Below, in pieces: positions 22,645 through 33,090 of a stretch of 33,090 nucleotides of DNA (position 1 is its first letter; each line of letters starts with the position of its first letter). The position numbers and the translations under genes were made by a program. A model generated the notes under the pieces. The model was not told where the DNA came from. It saw only the letters and a program-made list of their open reading frames with translations, and ran no database searches. The stretch lies in NCBI GenBank assembly GCA_000934665.2, contig JYFJ02004338.1, positions 1 to 33,090 on the forward strand, in the 5' to 3' direction. Source of the stretch: Catajapyx aquilonaris (taxonomy: Eukaryota).

Positions 22645-23807
22645 CATACCGGTATATAATAATGTTGAAAAAGACTGAAAAATATATACAGAATTTCACG
22701 AAAATTGCGATTATTTTGCCAAAAATGACTATAGACATGCAATAGTCGGGACTAAAGTTTTATGTTAGCTGGGGCATATTATGCTAGCCTTCTGGGGATA
22801 ATAATCCGGTTGGGATGAGTCGCGTTTGGTCTCGGGACAATTTCTGCGTGTGAAGTCGAGCAGGCCCATATAGTCTATCTCGATAGTAGTCTTGATAGTA
22901 GTCCTGCTGCTGCTATGGAGGGTTGGTTCCTACATGTTTATGCGCACAGGCCCTGCAGTTACGGCTGGATCGACCCGGGTTTTCTGCCTTAAAACCGGGT
23001 CCCCCCAAAAAACTATAGACGTTTATAGTGTGGCACTAACAAGTACAGCCAGGAGGGCTGTAATGACTTATTTTAACAACTGTAATTAAACGTAATGAGT
23101 CGGTGATTTCACGCCACAACGTTGGATTATCTCATCAGCAGCCTTTTGTAATGATGTTTAGTACTTGAGAAAATCACTAAGCTTGTAACTAAAGTTGAGT
23201 CTCTCTCTCTCTAATAAACCGAATGCTAGGGTGAACAATCCTTTCCCATTTCCCTCTAGTGTTAGAAATTTGCAACCGCCATTATCCACGTACTTATGTC
23301 TGGAAAAACAATATATGCCTGGATATAGTTAAGCAGAAAATATTGGAAGTTGTTAAGTGCACCTGTACAGTACGTGGGCCATAATACCACGTTACAAAAT
23401 AGTTAATGCCATACCCTTACAGGTCAAGCCTGTTCCTAAAATAGAGCAACATTTATGCGGTTTATACATGTCAAAACCATCGCGACCACAATCGCCAGCT
23501 TACATCATGGTAATCTGTGGGTAATAATCCGACAAAATATCCAGGGGGCCTACGCTAATTGTGATTAGTGTTAAGCCTACCCACTTGACGTACGCATATC
23601 GCACTACCTGACACTGATGGGATCAAACACTGGCAGGTACTGATGCCCCTCCTGTGGTTATGCCCACATGTCGGTACCCATTTAACTCATTTAAAACTAT
23701 GTGGCATGTAATTGCAGTCCATTTACTCTTGAAAAGCCCTTTTATACATTAGCATAAAACTAGAGATGAATTTATTCGGGCAGCTTCAATGATAATTCCA
23801 ACCCTGC

Positions 23808-23840
23808 AAGCTGCGCGAACTGTGATGCGCACTCGGTTAC
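23808..23840. repeat. Solo terminal fragment of MITE family 1
   Basis: gctgcgcgaactgtgatgcgcactcggtta matches the family terminus. Confidence 0.65.
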
Positions 23841-24449
23841 TGATGGACTGACCCCGGACAAACAAATTCTCGCTATGCAAATCACTGGCTCCCAGTTTAC
23901 TGATAACAATTCAGCAATTTTCGCATTATGTTACACAAAGCAAAAAGGTCGATCCATCCGGTTTTAGAGGGAATATAGCAATATTTTGCCTCCCATTTTT
24001 CTACCCCCTCACTCCCACCACCCCACCCTATATAGTTTAATGTTGCATCCTTCGCCCCCAACACGTCACATAAAATATAGGAATTCGATGCAAAAAGCGT
24101 TAGCGGAAAATTGACAGACTCTGGTAACCCGACATGTGGAAAGAGGAATATTAGGTATTAATGTTTCATCCTGGTTGCTCTGCCAGAGAGTTATTTAGCG
24201 ATTGTGCAGCACTGTTGAGTTGATGAGTTTTTAAAATGCAAACAGTCGCAATCTATTATTATTATTATTAACAAAAAAATTAGAATACAAAAAATAAGCC
24301 TTAATCCAGATATGCCCTGGTAGAATTGTTATATTTTGAGTCATATCTGTTAAGTTCTTCATTTTTCAATATTTAAAAATTTCGCAAAAGTAAAGCTCCT
24401 GTCCTGATTTGAATATTTACAAAATTACGCGTTTTTTTGCAAAGAAAAA

Positions 24450-24864
24450 CTGTAGTTAGCGCTTGTTTGCAAGAAAAATCATATTTAACCCTTGGACATA
24501 ACTTTGGTTTAATCCTTCTGATTAGCCAAAACCTGAGCAATTATTTTGCAGATATTTTTTGTGCAAAATATGAAGTTTCCCTTTCACGGTCGGCTTTCTA
24601 ATTAAAATTAAAATTAAAATGCAAAAAATTAGCCTTCATTTCTCATAACATCAAAAAAATAATTCAGACATATCATCTGTTACTTGCAGCTTCGCAAAAT
24701 TGCGCATTTTAAATCTGTAGTTAGCGCTTGTTTGCAGGAAAAAAAATCAGCTTTAACCGTTGAAAATAACTTTGGTTTGACCCTTCTGATTAGCTCAAAA
24801 CTTGAGCAATTATTTTGCAGATATGTTTCGCAAAAGTGGAAGTTTCTCTCTCTCGGTCGCGGCT
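24450..24864. repeat. Direct repeat of ~145 bp with 265-bp spacing
   Basis: ctgtagttagcgcttgtttgca...tgagcaattattttgcagatat...cggtcg begins at 24450 and again at 24715. Confidence 0.85.
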
Positions 24865-26685
24865 TGCTAATCTGTGTTAATTGCAATGGCGATTATCCCT
24901 GCCCTGGGTTAGATCAATGCACATATCGCAATCTCAAGATCCGGTTGAGAGTTACCTCTTCCCCTCCCCCAAGAAACTTCCTCTAATGGTAATGACACGT
25001 CATTAGCGTCATTATGCGAGGCGAGAAGTGCTTAAGGTTTCCTCTCATGCGGCCCATTTCGAAGACCTTTTAGAAGAAGAAGAAGAAGATTTTTTTTTGG
25101 AGAAAACCCCCCTATAGACCCATTGATCCTCCTCACTCTTGTACTATCACTGTCTAAAAAGTCGGTTAAACCACCCATCTCGTCTTCTTCTTCTTCTTTT
25201 AAACCCAAGTTTTTTTAAAAAAAACAGTCTTACTGGTGGTTATTAGCCGGAAAAGGCTGAGAAGTCGGATAGGATTTCGGTTCGATTTTCGAGCAAGTAA
25301 AATGGATTGCTTGGGTTTGGAAAAAGAAGTTTCTCAGCAGACTACAGGGTGGTCCACAACTCCAATAAGATGATTATTTAGTCTAGCAACCGGTAGCAAT
25401 CCGGGGCAATGTTGCTTCTCATTAAGCGGGTATGACGGGCTAATTTGTCAGACTAAACCCTCTCATGTTTCCCGGTTGTACAGGGAAAGGAAGCTTTGAT
25501 TTATTTTTTCGAGAGGCTTCTAAATCAATGGTTTGCGAAAATACGGTCCTTTTTGCATTTACGAGAAATCTCATTTAAACACACTTTAGAAGCTTCATTT
25601 AGCAATATTTAAAATGTGCTTCTAAGACTCTCGTGCTCGACTTGACAGCTTTTTTTCTGTTGATGACCCAGGTCTATCTATAATATTAAAATCCTTGCGG
25701 GAGTTGGCCGAGCCCTCTGATTGGTCCTCTGCATATTGTTACCGCCACCTCCCCATTGGCCCGCGTTGTACTCATGCGCAATGGGGGTGTAAACAACTGT
25801 TGGGTTGCCGGGGAAACTGTCCATTCCCCGGCGATATGGTGCGCCGAATAGGTACCCCAGCAGGCCGCAGGCCTAGAAAAGAGCGAGCGTTTTCCTAGTA
25901 ATGTTTAAATCGGGTTACAGCATCATTGCAAATTTTAACATCCCGAATTTACATGAGAGCAACCCTGTAATGTTAATATGAATTTAGCATTTTTGTGTTA
26001 ACATACAACCATTACGCATTCCCCGAGCCTCCCAAAAATGGCGGATATAAAATCTGTTAATGTTCAGTTACCAAAATTCGCTCAACAAGCCCTAATTACA
26101 TTTCCTTTTTTTTACGTGTCCCATTAATTGATAGTCATTGACATAGAGATAGCAAATATTGGGGAGGGTCGTAAATCCGGGCATGGAGAACAACGCACCC
26201 GAGGAAAAAAAGAAAAAAAAAGAAAAAAAGCGAATTTCATGGCTCCGCAGACGCGACCGATAAAAATCCCGGGGCATTTTCATTGCTCCAAAGCTCATTG
26301 TTGGCTTTAAAAGCCAACAGATCCTAATCACGTTACTATAGTCTGAACATTTAGAAGAACATAAAAAAAGTTCAAGACGCAAAAATAATGTGTATGTTGG
26401 TTTGCACAAATTGAGCTTTTATAGGCCTATCTCTAATGTAGAAAGTAATGAAAAATCTATGATTATGCAGAAACATTCATAATGATTAATTGGAGATATA
26501 ACTTTGGTTTTAGGTAATATAACCTGGCTTTAATAACCAGAAAATTTAAGAATAACGCTAAGAGTGGAGGGCCGACATTGAAGACCTTCATTGTAAATAT
26601 TAGTTAATATTGCAAATTAAACATTAAACTGATATTTGGACAATAAAATTGAATGATATTAGAAAATACTTTGAAGGTCATTTAT

Positions 26686-26880
26686 ATTGAAATTAGAAGC
26701 TAATTTGTATAGAAATTAGAAGCTAATTTGTATTGAAAAATAATATTTTTGAAGATTAACTTTTAAATTAATTATTGAAAGTTGGAATATTTACATTTAA
26801 ATCAATTGAAAGTGGGAAAATGAAATTTGAAATTAATTGAAAGTGGGAAATTAAATTGAAATTATTTAACAATGGAAAAT
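26686..26880. repeat. AT-rich short tandem repeats
   Basis: The 23-bp unit gaaattagaagctaatttgtat(a/t) occurs twice, followed by recurring aattgaaagtKggaa. Confidence 0.7.
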
Positions 26881-29800
26881 TGAGGGGACAAAGTGTGATT
26901 ATAAAATGCCGTTCAAATCCTGTACCCTTCGTCAGTCTTAATTACCGTCTTAATTAATGAAAACATACGATTTATGAATGGATGCAAATTTTAAATTAGG
27001 CTCAAATTAAGCCTTGCGCCCTCTTTAACCAACAAAAAAATAACCAAAAATCTCTAGCCAAATAATTGCTCATTCGCATCAAACAATTTTCTTCCATTCA
27101 TCCAACCACGCATTAGTTTCAGTCGTGTAATTAATTAATACTTGTTTTTAAGAAATGAATAGGCCAGAAGGGTCAGTTAATTGCGGCCAATGTGCACTAT
27201 AATTTGACAGGTTTAATTAGGGAGCAAACCTTAGTCACCTGCAGTGAGATGTGAGTGTGGTTTAGTCTGCTGGTGGCAAGATTGCTGAAAACTACAGGGT
27301 GTTCCCTAAGTAAGTTCATGATATTGTTCACCTAATAAGCTTGTCATAAACTATTTGATTGCATTCTAATAGTGCAGTCGATATACACTGTACTTAGGCT
27401 CAACTATCGAGAGACCAATGTGCGTAATGCATGTGGGCGGTCCAAGTGCGGGGGAGTATATATGCGTGGGAGTTGCGGAAAGTTTTGCGAAATGCTGCTT
27501 ATCCCATGTGTGCCACGCCCATGCAAAATTCGCACGCCAAAATATCATACGTGTGCGTTACGTGTGTAGGTGTGGTTTGCATGCACCGTACAATAAGAGC
27601 CTGGAAATAAAAAACCTTAGTCCCGATCTATACTATGAGGTTTATTTTAACCTCCGGATTTGCCTCGAAATAGCTCCCGCAAAGTACTAATGATAACTCG
27701 CGACTCCTACTTTGCAAAATATCGATTTTAATTAAGCTGCACTGTCGCATAGCCGTGTAATTCAGCGATTTTTTTGGGGGGAACGGCAGGTTGCGTATTT
27801 TGACCAGTTATTTTTTTTAGAAAATTGCACAATATTAGCTGCTTATATTAGTCGACATGAAGATATCAATTTGAACAATTTTCTGAAATATGCGGAATCT
27901 GAAAAAGTGGATGTGTCCTAATTGTGCTAAGTACCTACTTTTTTTAAAAGTTTACTTAGGTTATAATTTTTTGCCAGCGCAGAGTTTTCTCACTGGATGC
28001 GAATCGTGAGGTATTTCCAACCCTTCTCTCTCCGGGAGAGAAGTGAGTCCAAGACAGAAATTGAGTCCGCAGTCGCGCTGTGACCTGCAGGCGGTACGTT
28101 TCTCCTGGTTTTAAGGCACAGGACATACCCAGTACTCTTATTCAAAAAAAAGTCCATCAAATTGACCTCGTAGCCTCCTAGAAAGATGGGTCGGGGTGGA
28201 GGTTAGGTCAGGTCAAATGGGGTCAGTTTTAATCCCTTGCTGTGTGCTCTCGAACTTTGACTTCTCCGGTGACATTGTGAGTTTTTTTTTAAACAAATTG
28301 TGTGGATTACTATAGTTTTGGCGTGTGCTTTTTTCGCATTTGTGTGTGTGTGTAGATAAGCATGTGTTGAGTGCTGAAAAGTTACGGAGAGTTTTTGTTT
28401 TAATTATGTATGGAAAGCAATGGGGGCTGCATTGTTTTAATTTTAGTGGATATTTGGTCGTGCTTGAGGGAGCGAAAATTTGCGGTGCAAATAAGTGTGG
28501 AGTGATGCGGAAACTCGGTTTTGCAAAATAATAATTCGTACCGGACATTACATACGGTACGTCACTGCGCTGCTTTTTTTTAAAAAAAATTGTGTTCAGA
28601 ACAAACAGGACATACCTGCAAGTTATTGATTGTTCACTCCAGCAATTGGTGAGAAGCAACATTCATAAGTATCTTTGCAGTTGTTGCTATAGTTAGCATT
28701 CAATAACTGAATTGAACTAAGTAAAAACTGTAAATCCCAGTTTAATTATAAGAAATTAGTTCGTTACAAATTTTCATTACAGTTCTTAATTTTTTTTTTC
28801 TCTAAATCGATTTCTGAAGTGGTTTCAAGTGGAGTGCAGGTCCTGCAATATTGCTATTTGCCAAGTGTAGTTTTAGTAACAGCCATAAAAAAAACCCGAG
28901 AAAGAAAAAAAAACCGTAGGGTATTGGGTTTTGGTGCAAACAACAGTAAATCGCGTTCGGGTCACAACTTCTAGGACAGTTAGTAGAGGTCGTCTAAACT
29001 TAAAGGCCGTTTGAAAATTTTTTTAGACACATTTAACAATTATTAAGCAAAACTTGAGCAATGTCTTACATCCTAATAGGCTTATTCTCTCCGTCTGATG
29101 TTTGTCCGACCTGATAGTATGGCTATCTCACGCACGAACTGAGAGTGGCAGGAGTGAGCAGAAGGAGTATGCGCCATCTGTGGGTTAAATATAATACTAT
29201 GTGGTAAATCGGCGGGCGATCTCATTAAATATTGTTTAATTGTCACTGTCAGGTTATGCCAATTTTGGCAACGGGTTCGCTAGTCACTGAATTGGCTTGT
29301 CCGCGGTAAGTCATCAGCAGTGTTGCCACGTTTTGCACTAAAGAAACTACAGTGGATGAATGTGACTCAAATATTGAGCCCTTACCGTACATCATCCAAG
29401 ACACGCGAACATAACTCTTGACACAACATTAACCACCCCAGCTGGAGGTCACCATCTAGCCAGGGGGAAAAAAAAACTCCTTGGGTTATTATCAGGATGA
29501 ACGAACCGAGCTCCCTTTAAGAATTTCCCATTGTCGCCTTCACAATAGACACTTGCCCGAAATGTGACGCGCGTCTGAATGCGAGAAAAGTTTGAGCGCG
29601 ATAAATGACTGCGCATTTTTTTTTTTTCCTTTTTAATTTTCTTGTCCTGTATAAGTAGATGTAGTACATCATTGTCCATCGCGTGCGTGGAAGGAGTTTA
29701 GGGGGGGTTCTATTACACCCAATAATGGCCATCCCTATTTTCCAATTAGGAAGTCGCACGAGTCCTGCGATGCTACCATCTGACCTTGAAAGAAAACGAA

Positions 29801-30504
29801 GCTTTTGGCCCACTTCCGAGGCGATGGAAGTGTCGTAGACTGTTATCAGCCTAATATTGCTGCGCACAAATCTTGTTCTTATAAATATCAATGGCTATAA
29901 AAATATTGGTTACTAATATTAGGTGTGTTTTGGAACACCTTGTACAGAGATGGAGCCAGAAAAATATGGTGGGGATATCTAGACTGAATGGATAGTTTTT
30001 GATGGGCCTCGGGGGTTGATATTAATGCTCGAGGGCCTTAAGCCTATTGCGATCCCCCACAGTAAGTTAGGCTTAACTATTGGTGTGAAAAATGTTGCCC
30101 ATCATGGAGTTAATCTCGCGGAAAATTTTAGTTACGTCACTGCTGTCGGAATATATTAGGTTTGCGAATCACGGGGAGTGAAAAAAAAAATTAGGGTGTT
30201 TTCATGATGGTGAGGACTTAACTTCTACCGTATAGAAAAGCCTAAAAGGTCATTTTGATGCAGACATTTGGTTTTAATCTGCAATATTTTCTGATCACTA
30301 TTGAAAATATTTGCAAATGCATTACAAAAGCCGGTGGTATGAAATTAAAATTTTTGAAAAATAACACTTAATTAAAATGCTTTAAAAATCACGAATTATG
30401 TTATTCAAAATTAATAATAAAATATCAACTCCCGATTTGTTATTTAATCAGATATTAATCGCAAATATTAACTGAATCAATATTGAGTAATATGTCATAC
30501 TTAT

Positions 30505-30745
30505 TATTATCATCTCAATAAATAAATATTATCAAGGCCTCAATAAATCAATATTGTTATCTCAATAAATCGATATTAGCAGGATATTAGTAATGTTCAA
30601 TTAAATATAAATATTATCAAGACCTCAATAATTAAATATATTATTCTCTCGATAAGTCGATAACTAAATATATTATTTTCTCGATAAGTCGATAACTATA
30701 TTATTCTCTCGATAAGTCGATAACTAAATATTATTATCTAAATAA
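30505..30745. repeat. Minisatellite with a ~28-32 bp unit
   Basis: tattattctctcgataagtcgataacta(aata) occurs three times at ~30640-30730, with degenerate ctcaataaat variants upstream. Confidence 0.8.
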
Positions 30746-32219
30746 ATAAGTATTAAATGGTGCACAAATAAATAAATAAATGCTAATTCGCGACAAAAAT
30801 TAATTTCGCCGTCTCTTATGGTATAATTATGCGATGCTATACGCGTAGTTTCCAACATTCCAACCAAGTATCGCTCAATATGGGTTAAATATTGTGAACA
30901 ATAATTCGTATGACCTTATTTTTCGTATTCCCGACCTCTTCTTCCCATAACATCTCNAAAAAAACCCCCAAAGAAAAACAAAAAAAAAATATGAGAGAAT
31001 AAGCGAAAAGTTTTCAAGACAACGTGAGATGAACTTTTCGAACGAATCTACCGGAAATATAGCGATGATATCAACAACAACAACATGAGAAAAATAATAA
31101 AAATAAAAAAAGGAAGGAAAAAGAGAAAAGAAAACGACGCTTGGTCTGGACGTAATTTATGGCACCCTGCTGCGAGCGAAATATATAACGCTGCGTGCTC
31201 CGGACTTTTACCCGGGGAAGAACCGGTTGTTATTGCATTCCCTTTGAGGATATACCATCGGAGAAGGAACCTTTCCCCCCCCGGATATATATACCTTGCC
31301 CTCAGTAAAAAAAAAATGCGATGTCCGATTTTTTTGATCTGACTTTGAGAGAAGGTCGAATTTCTAAAAATGTGTCAGGATGTATATCTTTGCAAATTAT
31401 TTGTGCGAACAAATTTTGCGATGGATATATGGGCAAAGTGTTAGAGATAAGTGGTGATCAACAAGGGGAATGGTGCCAAAATATGACCATGCGAATTCCG
31501 TGCGAAAATTGTGCACACGCAAACCTATATGCAGAACATTTTAGTGAAATACAGCGCTTTTTTAAACATGCACTGTTCATTTTTTTGGCTTAAATGAGCA
31601 ATAATTTGCTTTTAAAACTCCAAAAAATTTGGGGCATTTTCGTTGCGATTTTTTTTGATGCCTACGAAAGTAACGCATGCCACGATCTTTGATTTGTTTG
31701 TTTATTTGAGAGCAAAAACAATTTGCATATATGCCATTTTTTGAACGCCAGTTTTTTTAAGGGTGATTTTTGGGATTGTTTTGTTGGCCTGATAAATTTT
31801 TTTTGCAATTCAGGCCAGTATTATTGCATGTCTGTTTTGCACAACATTTTGTGTCGTTTTGTCGAGTTTTTGTGTGACCAATGTTTTTTTGTGCCATGAG
31901 AATATTTTTGCAACATTACATTGGTAGACAGAAGAATTTTTTGAGAGGCGGAGTGGGGAGATTTGCAGGAGATGGCAATGTGCACGGGAACTGTCCACCA
32001 CACTTTTTTGCGAATTTTTTGCCCAACTAATTCTGCACAAAAAAGGGTTGCCTTTTATTAGCCTTTTTCGCACATTACAAGTGGTCGTTGCATCGTGGGA
32101 AATATTTTATTGCTAAGAACCGGTTGCACCATGACAAAATATAATTATGATGAAATTAGTCTTGGGAATATCTTCCCCCAGAGTAAATTGTATTCGCCCC
32201 CATGCTTTTTGTGGTAGAT

Positions 32220-32650
32220 AATGGTGTTATTTTTATTTATTTTACTTTTATATTATTTTGTTAGGATTAATATATTTTTATATTTTGTTTTGTTTAAGTT
32301 ATTTTTAATTTGATAATTTATTAATTTGATAATTTCTATATTTATTACATTTTGTTGTATTACAATTTCTATATGATGCAGTGTTTTTATTTAATTTTAC
32401 TTTAATTAACTTTTAACTTTGATATAATTTGATGATGTAATAATTTAATTCTGTTATCACATACGGTACATATAATTTTTATTGTTACATGACATTAAAT
32501 TATGTTATAATTGATACTTTATTATATTGTTACATGAGATTATATTTATATAATTCATACTAGCATTTTATTTTTATACGTACGTATATTTATATTTATT
32601 TATATTTTATTATATTAGATGTATTTATTTTTATTTATTATTATTTATTA
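32220..32650. repeat. Extremely AT-rich low-complexity tract
   Basis: Mostly T and A, with ttta and ttat motifs. Confidence 0.8.
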
Positions 32651-33090
32651 GGTTGTTTTTCCAGACAAGTTATAACATGGTACATTGAGTGCATTGGTGC
32701 AACATGTAGTCTGTGCCGGTCTGTGCCAATGTTTGTCCACGTAGTTCCGCTACTCCTCTCACGACCTGAGAGTGGCAGTAGTGTGCAGAGATGGTGACCG
32801 TGCTAAGTCCACATGTGGACAAATTCTGACCACAGTATTGTCCCAAGGCTAATATACTATAAGGCGCCCCTTTTGTTTGAAACCCGTGCACATATAGAAG
32901 GGGTTCAAAGTACAGTACAGTAGGCCGAATAGCGCACTTCGAAAATCTGCATTTGCCAGACCGCAACCCTCCCTCGAAGCCCCTTTTAAGAGACGAAACA
33001 AACAGTCTTTTAAACCCAAATCTTTCCACTCTTTCTTTTTTTATTATTCCCCCCCTCCACCACCACCACCACGATGCCTTCCTCTTCTCC

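Noticed and set aside
27590..27655. SLEIKNLSPDLYYEVYF looks like a fibronectin type III motif
   Set aside because: Isolated short match with no splice context and no rest of the domain.
29255..29285. Hairpin followed by GCTAGT, a possible second Helitron 3' end
   Set aside because: The stem is short and there is no supporting copy in the window.
27293..29944. TACAGGGTGTTCC ... GGAACACCTTGTA as inverted ends of a 2.6-kb Tc1/mariner element
   Set aside because: The match is only ~13 bp and I see no transposase remnant. Similar ends at 25343 and ~13577 suggest unrelated fragments.
30505..30745. Regularly spaced ~30-bp repeats considered as a CRISPR array
   Set aside because: The units are directly tandem with no unique spacers, the context is eukaryotic, and there are no cas genes.
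32670..33029. 119-aa minus-strand ORF near the right edge
   Set aside because: Non-ATG start and no recognisable homology; may be UTR or intron of a neighbouring gene.

Overview
AT-rich eukaryotic genomic DNA, probably an invertebrate animal (many ~60-80 bp GT-AG introns, GC-rich exons, many short non-autonomous transposons). Splicing by hand on the minus strand gives two tandem, strongly diverged, elongated PEX19-family genes. Paralog A (5254-7913, 4 coding exons, 480 aa) ends in the CaaX box CSLM. Paralog B (11280-14830, 11 coding exons, 472 aa) has no CaaX and ends in a polybasic tail. Both appear to have a degenerate Pex3-binding helix and several copies of the Pex19 central amphipathic helix, apparently amplified by duplication of symmetric phase-1 exons. 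There is a weakly supported vWA-like exon near 4 kb. Beyond ~15.3 kb I found no credible gene, only MITEs (some nested), possible Helitron ends, minisatellites and low-complexity DNA. All protein comparisons were made by eye against the human PEX19 sequence as I remember it; no searches were run.
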